A stretch of DNA of 64,000 nt from Kiritimatiellia bacterium (GCA_045537795.1 JAZSQE010000051.1:8313-72312); one strand, 5' to 3'. Shown: positions 27,542 to 37,160, counted from the stretch's first letter. Program-made: numbers and translations. Notes: generated from the sequence alone by a model not told the origin.

Positions 27542-30500
27542 ATGACAAACATCAAGAACTTGGTCGTCCTTGGCGCGACTATTGCCACAGTCTTTTTCTG
27601 CAATTATGTCTCCGCGCAAGATGACCTTGATAGTCTTCTCAAGGAACTTGACGGCGGCGACAAAAAGGTTGAAGCGAAAAAGCCGGAGGCGAAAGCCGCC
27701 GAGAAGCCTGTCGCCGAGAAGCCTGCCGAGGAGAAGGTCGCGGAGCCTGTCGCCGAGAAGCCTGCGGAGGAAAAACCTGCTGAGGCCGAAAAGAAATCTG
27801 AGGCAGTAGCCGAGAAACCGGCCGAAGAGAAACCTGCCGAAGTCGTGGCGGAAAAGCCTGCCGAAGAAAAGCCTGCTGAAGAAAAGGTCGTTGTCAAGGC
27901 CGATGCGAAAGTATCGGCAAGTCCCGACGCTGAAATTCTTTCGAACGCGGTCGCCACCGAGCAGTTGCGAAGAACCGCTCTTGACGCGCAGGCGCGCCGA
28001 GAAATTCTCGAAGCGAGAAAGTGCATGGAAAACGATGAGTATACCGAGGCTGTGCGTCATTACGGTCTTGCTCAGAAGTTGCTCAACGATCGCGCTTCGT
28101 CGAAGAATCTCCGCAAGGAATGCGATCAGGGTATTGCCGAAGGCCTTTACCGTGCCGCCATGCAGGAGGACGATCTCGGTCGTCGCGAGAAGGCGCTCGA
28201 GCTCATGGAGAAGGCTCTTGATATGCGTCATCCGAAGGCGAGGCGGGTTCTCGAGCGGTGGGTGAACGAGCGCGAGAGCGTCATTGAAGATGTTGCCGTC
28301 GACGATATCAAACATCGCAAGAGCGAAGAGAACTACAAGAAAAAACATGAATTCATAAGAAGGCATCTCAAGCGCAGCCGCGATCTGCTCGCCCAGAACG
28401 AATTCGATGAAGCGCTCGAGGAGTGCGAAATCGTTTTGCTGAAAGACAAATACAATCAAGAGGCCATCCGTATCCGCAAGGCGATTCAGAAGAAGCGCGA
28501 TATCGTTCTCAAGCAGGAGCGTAAGGCGAGCCGCGACGGGATGATTGCCGATGTGGACGCCGCATGGAGGCCGGTGTATGCGCCCAACGCCGCCCAGCTT
28601 GACGAGGCGGAGGCGGAGACCGTCAAGAAGAAAACCGGTGACGATACGGAACTTACCGAGGAGCAGATGATCGAGGCCCGCATGAAGGCGATGCGCCTGC
28701 CTACGATTTCGTTCAAGCCGCCGGCGACTATCATCGACGCTGTGGACTTCTTCCGCGGGGCTTCGAAGGATTATGACCGTCCTGACATCCCGATCGAGAA
28801 GCGCGGCTTCAACTTCGTCCTCAAGACTCCGCAGGGGGCGCTGAAACAGCAGGCCGCCACTGAAGACAGCGGTGACGACTTCGCCGCCGCTGCCGAAGAT
28901 AAGAGCACCGACAAGGGCACGGCGAACGGCCTGCCCCCGATTCCGACGATTACGGCGAGCGATATCACGTTCTACGAAGCGCTTAAACTCGTCTGTGATT
29001 CCGTCGACTACAAGTTCATCGTCCGCGGGCCTGTCGTTATGGTCATGCATAAGGATATGTCGACGGCCGAACTTCTCTCGAGAAAGTATGACGTTCTCGA
29101 CGCGTTTCTCGAGCGTATGACGAGCGCTTCGAGCGACATGAAGGAGATGCGCTCGGCTGGTTTCGGCGGGGGCAACACCCGCGCCAACAATAACGAAGGC
29201 GAAGAAAACCAAGAGAAGGATTGGAAGGCGTTCTTCGAGCAGATGGGCGTCAAGTGGCCTGAGGGTTCTTCGATCATGTACATCAAGACTCTCGGCAAGC
29301 TCTACGTTCGCAACACGCGCGAGAATCTCGCCGAGTTCGAGAAGGTTCTCGAAGAAATGGGTTCGCAGCCGAAGCTCATCGAAATCGAGACGCGCTTCGT
29401 CGAAGTTTCGCAGGAAGATCTCAACTCTCTCGGTTTCGAATGGATTCTGAACAGCGACTATTCGCTGAATCTTGGTAATAAGCTCGGTAAGGCTCTCGGT
29501 GTCAAAGAAGGTTTCTTTCAGGGCGATGTCCAAAATCTCGGAAAGCGCGACCCCACCACGGGCATTTATACGGGTAGCGACAATGTAATCGTCGATCCCA
29601 CGGCTCCCACGGCCGGAGCGGCGTGGCGTCCGGCGGGAAATTATTATAACGGTATGAAGCCTGACGGAAACGACGGTTTCGCCACGATGGCTAACGGTAA
29701 GCGCAACGTCGGTATCAACGCTTTCGGCGGCACGTCCGATATGCAGAACGGCAACCGTTATCTTTCCACGGTCGGCAACCATATCTCTGGAGAGTCTGCG
29801 TCGGTAAATGATCAGTTTATGCGTGTGAACGCGTTCCTCGGGTCGGCTGATCTTTCGATGATTCTTCACATGCTCGCGCAACGCAGCGACACCGACCTTC
29901 TCTCGGCTCCGAAGGTCGTCACGAAGTCCGGCGAGAACGCCGTTATCAAGGTTGTGACAGAGTACATCTATCCGCAGGACTACGATGTTCAACTTCAGTC
30001 GAGTTCGTCTTCGAGCGGCAGCAGCAATTCGGGCGGCAGCCAGTCTGCGATTCTCGCGGTCGTCGAGCCGCAGAACTTCACCATGCGTGAAGTCGGTGTC
30101 ATTCTCGATGTCACGCCTACCTATTCTGAAGCGAACGGCGGCACGATCGATCTTGAGCTCAAGCCGCAGGTCGTCGATGAGCCTACGTGGAAGAACTACG
30201 GCATGAAGATTCCTTTCACAGGCAACAACAGTGCTCTTCAGAGTTTTGAAGGTATCGGGTCCATTTACGAGTTCCTTCCTGGCGTTCTTGCCGCGCTTGG
30301 GGCGACGCTTGATGACGCGACCAGAAACGCCATGGCGATTACCGCTGTCGAGAGTGCCAACAGCGCGGTCGCCAACGCTTCCAAAACGGGAGCCGATTCG
30401 CTTACCTATTACGACGCTCCGATGGAACAGCCGTTCTTCCATGTGCGCTCAATCGACTCTAAGGTTTCGATTACGCCCGGTTCGACGGTCGTGATGGGAG

Positions 30501-30724
30501 GTCTTATCACCGAAGCGCGAAAGGCGATGGATGACAAGGTTCCGTTCCTCGGCGACATTCCTTATATCGGTCGTTTCTTCCGCAGTCATTCCGAATGGAC
30601 CAGCAAGCGCAACCTGCTTATCTTCGTGACGGGTCGTTTGATCACGCCTTCTGGTCGCGAGCTTCGCACCGGCAACCCCGATGTTAACCCCGCCGATGTC
30701 ACGCCTGCTCCGAAGGGGAAGTGA
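27542..30724 (+). CDS. Secretin (GspD/PilQ family) with a long N-terminal low-complexity and TPR-like extension
   Basis: Signal peptide MTNIKNLVVLGATIATVFFCNYVSAQ. C-terminal secretin motifs LSAPKVVTKSGENAVIKV and VPFLGDIPYIGRFFRSHSEWTSKRNLLIFVTGRLI. Alternative starts are 27509 and 27521; the tracked ORF begins at TTG 27482. Confidence 0.85.
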   Translation: MTNIKNLVVLGATIATVFFCNYVSAQDDLDSLLKELDGGDKKVEAKKPEAKAAEKPVAEKPAEEKVAEPVAEKPAEEKPAEAEKKSEAVAEKPAEEKPAEVVAEKPAEEKPAEEKVVVKADAKVSASPDAEILSNAVATEQLRRTALDAQARREILEARKCMENDEYTEAVRHYGLAQKLLNDRASSKNLRKECDQGIAEGLYRAAMQEDDLGRREKALELMEKALDMRHPKARRVLERWVNERESVIEDVAVDDIKHRKSEENYKKKHEFIRRHLKRSRDLLAQNEFDEALEECEIVLLKDKYNQEAIRIRKAIQKKRDIVLKQERKASRDGMIADVDAAWRPVYAPNAAQLDEAEAETVKKKTGDDTELTEEQMIEARMKAMRLPTISFKPPATIIDAVDFFRGASKDYDRPDIPIEKRGFNFVLKTPQGALKQQAATEDSGDDFAAAAEDKSTDKGTANGLPPIPTITASDITFYEALKLVCDSVDYKFIVRGPVVMVMHKDMSTAELLSRKYDVLDAFLERMTSASSDMKEMRSAGFGGGNTRANNNEGEENQEKDWKAFFEQMGVKWPEGSSIMYIKTLGKLYVRNTRENLAEFEKVLEEMGSQPKLIEIETRFVEVSQEDLNSLGFEWILNSDYSLNLGNKLGKALGVKEGFFQGDVQNLGKRDPTTGIYTGSDNVIVDPTAPTAGAAWRPAGNYYNGMKPDGNDGFATMANGKRNVGINAFGGTSDMQNGNRYLSTVGNHISGESASVNDQFMRVNAFLGSADLSMILHMLAQRSDTDLLSAPKVVTKSGENAVIKVVTEYIYPQDYDVQLQSSSSSSGSSNSGGSQSAILAVVEPQNFTMREVGVILDVTPTYSEANGGTIDLELKPQVVDEPTWKNYGMKIPFTGNNSALQSFEGIGSIYEFLPGVLAALGATLDDATRNAMAITAVESANSAVANASKTGADSLTYYDAPMEQPFFHVRSIDSKVSITPGSTVVMGGLITEARKAMDDKVPFLGDIPYIGRFFRSHSEWTSKRNLLIFVTGRLITPSGRELRTGNPDVNPADVTPAPKGK
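27671..27887 (+). repeat. Degenerate tandem repeats encoding (A/V)EKPAEEK low-complexity sequence in the secretin N-terminus
   Basis: Reiterated gccgagaagcctgcc/gaggagaag-like units, translated as ...AEKPVAEKPAEEKVAEPVAEKPAEEKPAEAEKK...AEKPAEEKPAEVVAEKPAEEKPAEEK. Confidence 0.8.
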
Positions 30725-30747
30725 TCAGCGGTTAGCGATTAATGGTT

Positions 30748-30775
30748 GGTGGCGCGCTCTGACGGGCGCGCCGCT
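30748..30775 (+). terminator. Possible intrinsic terminator after the secretin gene
   Basis: GC-rich hairpin ggcgcgc (30751-57), 8-nt loop, gcgcgcc (30766-72), extendable by wobble pairs. It is followed by the T-containing gcttgctcttgtt, so the U-tract is weak. Confidence 0.4.
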
Positions 30776-30800
30776 TGCTCTTGTTGGATGAGGTCACAAA

Positions 30801-30809
30801 TGATATAAT
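30801..30809 (+). promoter_or_regulatory. Extended -10 element TGATATAAT upstream of gltX
   Basis: Matches TGnTATAAT exactly and lies about 110 nt upstream of the ATG at 30918. Confidence 0.45.
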
Positions 30810-30917
30810 TTCGGCCCAATGGAGTTTGCCGTGAAGAAGAATTTATTGAAATATTTATCGCTTGATGTTCTATTATGTTCGCGTGACGGCGAAGTGAGAA
30901 ACCAGGAAAGATAAGTC

Positions 30918-32240
30918 ATGACAGAAGAAATAAGAACGAGATTCGCGCCTTCTCCGACAGGCAAGGTACACATCGGCAATATCCGTGCCGCCATCTACAA
31001 CTGGCTCTATGCGCGCCATACGGGCGGCAAATTCCTTTTGCGTGTCGAAGACACCGACCTTGAGCGTTCGACGCCCGAGGCGATCCGGGCGCTTTTCGAG
31101 TGCATGCAGTGGCTGGGGCTCGATTACGACGAAGAGGTTTTCTACCAGACGAAGAACAAGGCGCGCCATCTCGAAGCCGTCGAAAAACTCCTCGCCTCGG
31201 GCGACGCATACAAGTGCGAGCGCACGTCGCGCGACGGTAAGACGGGCGAAGTCGTGATGTTCAAAATGCCCAAGGAGGGCGTTATTGAATTCGACGACAT
31301 CGTCAAGGGCAGAATGGCGAAGAAGGCCGAAGACATTCAGGATTTTGCGATCGTGCGCAGCGACGGCTCGCCCATCTTCCATATCGCCAACGTCGTCGAT
31401 GATATCGACCAGCGCGTCACGCACATCATCCGCGGAGACGATCACGTCGAGAACACGTTCAAGCATATCTGCATTTTCAAAGCGCTCGGCGCGAGCGTCC
31501 CGAAGTATGCCCACCTTTCGATGATTGTCAACCAGCAGGGCAAGCCATACTCGAAGCGCGACGGAGCTGCGTTCGTCGGGGAATTCCGCGAGTCGGGGTA
31601 TCTCCCGGACGCGCTTTTCAATTATCTTCTTCTTCTCGGCTGGAACCCGGGCGACGAGCGCGAGGTGCTGACTAAAGAAGAGATGATCTCGCTCTTCGAG
31701 CTCGGGAATGTGCACGTAACCGCCGCGAAGTTCGACATGAAGAAACTCCAGTGGATGAACGGCGAGTACATAAAACGCCTTCCCCCGGACGTGTACGCGT
31801 CCGAGCTCGTTTCGCGCGTCACCGAGGCGGGCATGACGGTTCCTGAAGGGTATGATCTCGATTATCTCGTCGGACAGTTGCAGGTGCGCACGAAATTCCT
31901 GAACGATATCCCGTCAATCTGCCGTTGCTTTTTTTCCGACGATTATCCGTTTGACGAAAAGGCCGTCGAAAAGCGACTTAAGAAGGCCGGGGTAAAGGAA
32001 CTTCTCCTCGATCTCGTCGAGCGCTTCTCGAAAGCGGACGAATGGAACGCTCCCGCGCTTGAGAATCTCGTCAAAGAACTTTCTCAGGGCAACGGCATGG
32101 GGCCGTGGGTGCATCCGATACGCGTCGCCGTCTCGGGACGCGGAGAAGGGATAGGGCTTTTCGAAATGCTCCAGCTTCTCGGGCGCGAAAAAACGCTCGA
32201 GCGCCTCAGGAGCGCCGCCGAAAACCTTACCGTGCAATGA
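30918..32240 (+). CDS. gltX: Glutamyl-tRNA synthetase
   Basis: RTRFAPSPTGKVHIGNIRAAIYNWLYARHTGGKFLLRVEDTD carries the class I HIGH-type motif; KPYSKRDG is the KMSKS-like motif. Confidence 0.9.
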   Translation: MTEEIRTRFAPSPTGKVHIGNIRAAIYNWLYARHTGGKFLLRVEDTDLERSTPEAIRALFECMQWLGLDYDEEVFYQTKNKARHLEAVEKLLASGDAYKCERTSRDGKTGEVVMFKMPKEGVIEFDDIVKGRMAKKAEDIQDFAIVRSDGSPIFHIANVVDDIDQRVTHIIRGDDHVENTFKHICIFKALGASVPKYAHLSMIVNQQGKPYSKRDGAAFVGEFRESGYLPDALFNYLLLLGWNPGDEREVLTKEEMISLFELGNVHVTAAKFDMKKLQWMNGEYIKRLPPDVYASELVSRVTEAGMTVPEGYDLDYLVGQLQVRTKFLNDIPSICRCFFSDDYPFDEKAVEKRLKKAGVKELLLDLVERFSKADEWNAPALENLVKELSQGNGMGPWVHPIRVAVSGRGEGIGLFEMLQLLGREKTLERLRSAAENLTVQ

Positions 32241-33172
32241 AGACGCTTCTCGTCGGATACAAGGCGGCCGACATAAGGTCCGGGTCGCTTGAAGGCGACG
32301 TCACGTGGCATACGCTTGACATTTACCACGCGCATGCCGTCGAGAAGGTGCACGAAGGCGTCAAGGTCGTCTGTTCGCCGCATCTCCCCGAGGGCGATTG
32401 GGATCTCGTGCGTTTCAGGACCGGTCCCGCGCTTATGAGCGGTGAACTCGCCCTCGACCTGATGCAGGAGATACATCGTCTCTCGCACAAGCGTTTCGAG
32501 CTCGACTTCATCGGCAGGCGCGAGCGCGACCGCAACGATCTTCTAGATAAAATCAGGAACGACCCGAAGCGTGTAAGGAGTTTCAGGGCCGAGTGGCCCG
32601 CGAGCGTCCCCGGCGGAGAGAAGCTTTTGTTCACGAGCTACCCGGGCTGCTTCTGCCACCGCAGACTGGATGAAGGCGGGCTCGCTCTCGCCGAAGTCGT
32701 CTCGCGCGATCTCCTTTCCGTTCCCCATTCTGTCCCCTGTTCCCCGCTCCTCAACCTCCTCGACATGGGCTGCGGCTGCGGTCTCGTCGGGTTTTTGATC
32801 GCTTCGGTTGTGCCGGGCGTTAAACTGACGATGATCGACTCGCATACGCGTGCAGTAGAGGCGGCGCGCGAAAACGCGCTGAAGTTCGGCGTCGACGCGG
32901 ATGTCATTCTCTCCGACGACGGTCTTGATTCCTCTCCCGGCGCGGGGCCGTTCGACGTGTTCGTCGGCAACCCTCCTTATTACAGCGATTACCGGATAGC
33001 CGAAGTGTTTCTTGAAACGGCGAGGAAAAACCTGAAGCCGGGCGGGCGTTGCTACAGCGTCGTAAAAAATGCGGATGGTCTGAAAAGCGTGCAGGAGAAA
33101 TATTTCGACTCTGTCGAAATTATCCCCAGACGCGGCTACGCGGTTCTCAAGTCCGTTTCGGTAATCGGTTAG
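32237..33172 (+). CDS. Class I SAM-dependent methyltransferase, RsmC/RlmG-like (NPPY motif)
   Basis: ATGA overlap with the gltX stop. Motifs LLDMGCGCGLVGFLIA (motif I) and DVFVGNPPYY (motif IV). Confidence 0.65.
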   Translation: MKTLLVGYKAADIRSGSLEGDVTWHTLDIYHAHAVEKVHEGVKVVCSPHLPEGDWDLVRFRTGPALMSGELALDLMQEIHRLSHKRFELDFIGRRERDRNDLLDKIRNDPKRVRSFRAEWPASVPGGEKLLFTSYPGCFCHRRLDEGGLALAEVVSRDLLSVPHSVPCSPLLNLLDMGCGCGLVGFLIASVVPGVKLTMIDSHTRAVEAARENALKFGVDADVILSDDGLDSSPGAGPFDVFVGNPPYYSDYRIAEVFLETARKNLKPGGRCYSVVKNADGLKSVQEKYFDSVEIIPRRGYAVLKSVSVIG

Positions 33173-33214
33173 CCGGTTGCTCGGCTCGCGCTTTGTTGCG
33201 CCACGAGTCGACTG

Positions 33215-33223
33215 TGGTATAAT
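33215..33223 (+). promoter_or_regulatory. Extended -10 element TGGTATAAT at the left edge of the lower-GC islet
   Basis: Exact TGnTATAAT match, 137 nt upstream of the 33360 gene. Confidence 0.35.
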
Positions 33224-33359
33224 ATCCCTCATGAGACAACTTTTGCTATGCTCGCTTTTGCTTCTTTCGCCAGAGCTTAAGGCCGGTGCGGCTGCTACGC
33301 CGGCAGATTAAGTCGCGTGTCGGGCGGATGATCGCGGCGCTTGAGGAGAGGCTTGGCGA

Positions 33360-34262
33360 ATGAAATCGCTTTGGGTATTATGCTTTAGCCTTATGATGTG
33401 TTTCGCTGCTGCAGGAGCTGAGGCGGAATATGAAAACGAGCGTCAGGAGGTTAAAAAGCTTCTTGCAGATGATTTCGCCGCGCTTAACAAAGGTAAAATC
33501 ACTCTTGCCGAATTTGGCGAGCGAACTTGTGCACTGGCGGGAAAGTCGAGCGTAACTGTCAAAAGACGTATTCTTTATGAAGGCGCGAAGCGAATTTTCG
33601 AACGTACGGGTGAATTGGAGCGCGCTGCGAAGGTTGAAGAACTTTTGAGATTGGAGACGACGCTTTTTGTCGCTTTAGGCCAGTCCGCGCTTTTGCGGCT
33701 CGGCAAATACGGCGAGATTGAGTTTGTTCATTGTCCGACGGGAACGGTGGATTTATCTGTTAATTGGCGCAACGGCAAGACGGAGCGTGTCACACTTACA
33801 AAGCCGTATTGGATTATGAAATACCCGCTTACGCGTCGGCAGTCGGCGGTATTCCCGCCGCTTGATCCGCCGAACGGAATTGTGAGTGAAGAGTCATTTA
33901 AGAATTACGTCTGCCTTAACCGCACGCAGGCGGAAGGGCTGAGCGAATGTTTTACTCAGCATTTTAGAGATGTTTTGCCGGATGGATATGTTATTCGTCT
34001 GCCGACACTCGCGGAGTGGGAGTATGCGTTTCATGCGGGAGAGCGTGACCAGACGAGTCCGTTCTACGACTTGTTGCATATTCACATGCGTGATGAGGTT
34101 GATCGCGCCGTTCGGTATGATTACGACGGCGGGATGCCGCAGCGTAAGCAAGCGGTCAATGCGTGGGGAATCGGTGATTGGTGCGGGCAGGAGAAGGTTT
34201 ATGATACGGTCGATCCGTCAAAGATAGAGGTCTCTCCCGACCAGAGCTCGCATAGTCAATAG
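33360..34262 (+). CDS. Secreted protein with a formylglycine-generating-enzyme (SUMF1/FGE)-like C-terminal domain
   Basis: Signal peptide MKSLWVLCFSLMMCFAAAGAEA. FGE-like strings KPYWIMKYPLTRRQ, RLPTLAEWEYAFHAG and NAWGIGDW. GAGGAGAGG SD upstream. Confidence 0.5.
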   Translation: MKSLWVLCFSLMMCFAAAGAEAEYENERQEVKKLLADDFAALNKGKITLAEFGERTCALAGKSSVTVKRRILYEGAKRIFERTGELERAAKVEELLRLETTLFVALGQSALLRLGKYGEIEFVHCPTGTVDLSVNWRNGKTERVTLTKPYWIMKYPLTRRQSAVFPPLDPPNGIVSEESFKNYVCLNRTQAEGLSECFTQHFRDVLPDGYVIRLPTLAEWEYAFHAGERDQTSPFYDLLHIHMRDEVDRAVRYDYDGGMPQRKQAVNAWGIGDWCGQEKVYDTVDPSKIEVSPDQSSHSQ

Positions 34263-34368
34263 CAAATCGCCAACTTTAGAATTATTTGCACTGCAAATTA
34301 TTCTAAAATCACAATTGATATTTCACAGTCAATATGTTATCATTCATTTCGCTACTTAAAGGAGGATT

Positions 34369-35682
34369 ATGGAAATCAATAGAGATAGTTACTTGGAGCG
34401 ACTGGTTCATTTTATGCATAACGGCACGGTAAAGGTCGTTACTGGCGTTCGTCGCTGCGGTAAAAGCTACCTTTTAAGAACACTATTTCATCGTTACCTG
34501 ATTAACAATGGTGTGCCCGAAGATCATATTGTTGAAATTGATCTAGAAGCTGAGGGCAATGAAAGATTTTGGGATCCGCTTGTTTTAGGGGAATATATAA
34601 GGAGTCGGATCAATGGTAATGGGCGTTATTATGTTATCCTTGACGAAATACAGCGTGTACGAAAGACGCTTCCTCTATGGGTAGATTTGTCAAGGATATC
34701 TCCGGAAGAACAGAAAAGCGCTTTTGTTACATTCTATGACGTTTTAAATGGTTTAAACAACAGGAAGAATGTTGATGTCTATGTGACTGGTTCCAACTCC
34801 AAAATGCTCTCAAAAGATGTTATGACGGTATTCAGAGGGCGTTCTACAGAAATTCGTGTCTTCCCGTTGTCATTTTCAGAAGTGTTGTCCGCAAAAGGCG
34901 GAGATAAGAGTGACGTATGGGAAGAATATCTTATGTTCGGCGGAATGCCGCAAGCCGTACTTGAGCCAGATGAAAAGGAGCGGGTCAATATTTTGAAATC
35001 TTTTTTTGAATACGTTTATTTCCGCGATCTCGTTGAGCGTCATTCACTTAAAAATGATATGGTTCTTCGTGAAATCACAGATGTAGCCTGTTCATCTGTG
35101 GGATCTTTAGTGAGTCCGCAGAAAATTGGGGCGACCATTCGTTCAGTTCAAGGACATTCTGCTTCGGCACCAACGGTTAAGAAATATCTGGAATATTTAG
35201 AGGATGCTTTTCTATTTGAGAAGGCATCCCGGTACGATGTGCGCGGAAGAAAATATTTCGATACCCCAGCAAAATATTTCGCTGTTGACGCTGGCCTTCG
35301 GAATGCCCGTCTCAATTTCCGCGAACCTGAACGGACGCATTTGATGGAAAATGTCATATATAACGAGTTGCGAAGAAGAGGATATTCTGTTGATGTAGGA
35401 GTGGTAGATATTCAGTCTACCGTGGATGGCAAGCGTGTATTCAAGCGGCATGAAATTGACTTTGTTGTCAACCTTCCTCTTGGAAAAATGTACATTCAGT
35501 CGGCGTTCAATATTGACGATCCGGTCAGAAAAGCGGCAGAGACGGCGTCGCTGCATAAAACAGGAGACTTCTTCCGCAAGCTGATTGTCACAGATGGAAA
35601 TCGCAAGCTTGTTACAGACGAGGATGGTATCTCATACGTCGGCGTTCTTCAATTCCTGACGAATTGGGATATAATGAATTGA
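34369..35682 (+). CDS. AAA-family ATPase of the AAA_14 / DUF4143 type
   Basis: Walker A TGVRRCGKSYLL, Walker B-like YVILDEIQ and a characteristic C-terminal half. AAGGAGGA SD 5 nt upstream of the start. AT-richer than the flanks. Confidence 0.7.
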   Translation: MEINRDSYLERLVHFMHNGTVKVVTGVRRCGKSYLLRTLFHRYLINNGVPEDHIVEIDLEAEGNERFWDPLVLGEYIRSRINGNGRYYVILDEIQRVRKTLPLWVDLSRISPEEQKSAFVTFYDVLNGLNNRKNVDVYVTGSNSKMLSKDVMTVFRGRSTEIRVFPLSFSEVLSAKGGDKSDVWEEYLMFGGMPQAVLEPDEKERVNILKSFFEYVYFRDLVERHSLKNDMVLREITDVACSSVGSLVSPQKIGATIRSVQGHSASAPTVKKYLEYLEDAFLFEKASRYDVRGRKYFDTPAKYFAVDAGLRNARLNFREPERTHLMENVIYNELRRRGYSVDVGVVDIQSTVDGKRVFKRHEIDFVVNLPLGKMYIQSAFNIDDPVRKAAETASLHKTGDFFRKLIVTDGNRKLVTDEDGISYVGVLQFLTNWDIMN

Positions 35683-35859
35683 GCCATAAAGAGCTCCGAG
35701 GAAACTGAATGAAACTTTTCTTTTTTTGTAGGCATTACGCCACGCCCAAGATGAGTTGTTTCGTGGCGACGACTTATATCGACTTTGAGCATAGTACAGA
35801 TGATCGGTTAATTAATAAGTGTCACACTCCTTTCGCGTTTTGCGTATAGCATACCGATA

Positions 35860-35869
35860 CCCCCCCCCC
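35860..35869. repeat. C10 homopolymer tract upstream of the hisS promoter
   Basis: gatacccccccccccgatt: ten consecutive C, about 35-45 nt upstream of the TGCTATAAT element. Confidence 0.9.
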
Positions 35870-35902
35870 GATTACCGGTCCCGCGCACTGAGCGTCGCAA
35901 TT

Positions 35903-35911
35903 TGCTATAAT
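35903..35911 (+). promoter_or_regulatory. Extended -10 element TGCTATAAT upstream of hisS
   Basis: Exact TGnTATAAT match, 20 nt upstream of the ATG at 35931, with a GGAG SD between them. Confidence 0.5.
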
Positions 35912-35930
35912 ATGGCACCACGGAGAAATT

Positions 35931-37160
35931 ATGGCTGAAAAAATCAGTTTCGAGGCCCCTAGGGGTATGCGGGATTTCTATCCCGAGGACATGGCGTGGC
36001 GCAACCGCGTTTTCGACGCGTTCCGCGCGGCGGGAGAAGCGGCCGGGTTCGAGCCGTACGATTCATGCGTTGTCGAGAGCTACGAGCTTCTCGCGCGCAA
36101 GGCCGGTGAAGAGGTCGGCGAGCAGATTTACCACTTCTTCGACAAATCCGAGCGTCATATCGCGCTTCGCGCCGAAATGACGCCGACTCTTGCGCGCATG
36201 GTCGCCCAGCGCCAGAAAGAACTGCAGTTCCCTCTCAAGTGGACGACGATCGCGCAGTGCTTTCGGTACGAGCGCATGACGAAGGGACGCAAGCGCGAAC
36301 ATTACCAGTGGAACATCGACATCATCGGCGAAGACTCGATTCTTGCCGAAGCCGAAGTGATCGCCGCCGCATGCGACGCGCTCAGGCGCATGGGGCTCTC
36401 TTCGAAGGATTTCAAGGTTCATGTTTCCTCCCGCAGATTTCTCGGCGACCTTCTCGCGAAGAGCGGCATCGCCGCCGACAAGCACGCGCAGGTCTTCCTC
36501 GCGCTCGACAAACGAGGCAAAATGCCCGATGCGGAAATAGGCGCGATGCTTAAAGACGGGGGGCTCTCGGACGACGAAGTGAAGGCGACGTTCGCCATCA
36601 TGGATCGCAAGTCTTACGAGGGCTGCGCCGAGCTCGAAGAACTTTTCCGTCTTGCCGAAATCGCCGGCTTCGCGGATTGTCTCGAGTTCGACATTTCCGT
36701 CATACGCGGTCTCAGTTATTATACGGGCGTCGTTTTCGAATGTTTCGATACGGCGGGTGAATTCCGCGCGATTTTCGGCGGCGGGCGCTACGACAATCTC
36801 CTTACGACGATCGGCGGCGAGCCGACGAGCGCCGTCGGCCTCGGATTCGGCGATGTCGTCGTCACCGAACTTCTCAAGGCGCGTCTCGGCGCCGGCGCCG
36901 CGAAGGCCAAGAAGGGCGTGGCGGTCGGTTTCATGTTCCCGGAGCAGCGCGATGCGGCGCTCGCGCTCGCGGCGCGCCTGAGGCGGGAAGGAGAGCGCGT
37001 CGATCTCGCGCTCAAAAACCAGAAACCCAAGAAATTCTTTTCGCACGCCGATTCATCGGGCGCTTCGAAGGCGGTCTTTCTCGGGCCCGACGATGTCGAA
37101 AAGGGCGTCGCCAGAATCAAGGACATGGCGACGAGAGAAGAAACGGAAATCGTTCTTTGA
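35931..37160 (+). CDS. hisS: Histidyl-tRNA synthetase
   Basis: PRGMRDFYPED, RAEMTPTLARMV and CFRYERMTKGRKREHYQWNIDIIG are class II HisRS motifs, followed by a C-terminal anticodon-binding-like domain. The nearby hisG is the long form, which argues against this being HisZ. Confidence 0.85.
   Translation: MAEKISFEAPRGMRDFYPEDMAWRNRVFDAFRAAGEAAGFEPYDSCVVESYELLARKAGEEVGEQIYHFFDKSERHIALRAEMTPTLARMVAQRQKELQFPLKWTTIAQCFRYERMTKGRKREHYQWNIDIIGEDSILAEAEVIAAACDALRRMGLSSKDFKVHVSSRRFLGDLLAKSGIAADKHAQVFLALDKRGKMPDAEIGAMLKDGGLSDDEVKATFAIMDRKSYEGCAELEELFRLAEIAGFADCLEFDISVIRGLSYYTGVVFECFDTAGEFRAIFGGGRYDNLLTTIGGEPTSAVGLGFGDVVVTELLKARLGAGAAKAKKGVAVGFMFPEQRDAALALAARLRREGERVDLALKNQKPKKFFSHADSSGASKAVFLGPDDVEKGVARIKDMATREETEIVL

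Noticed and set aside
33231-33311. 26-codon ORF MRQLLLCSLLLLSPELKAGAAATPAD downstream of a TGGTATAAT box
   Set aside because: It is too short and has no SD. It could be a leader peptide or the remnant of a signal peptide, but nothing supports it beyond being an open frame.
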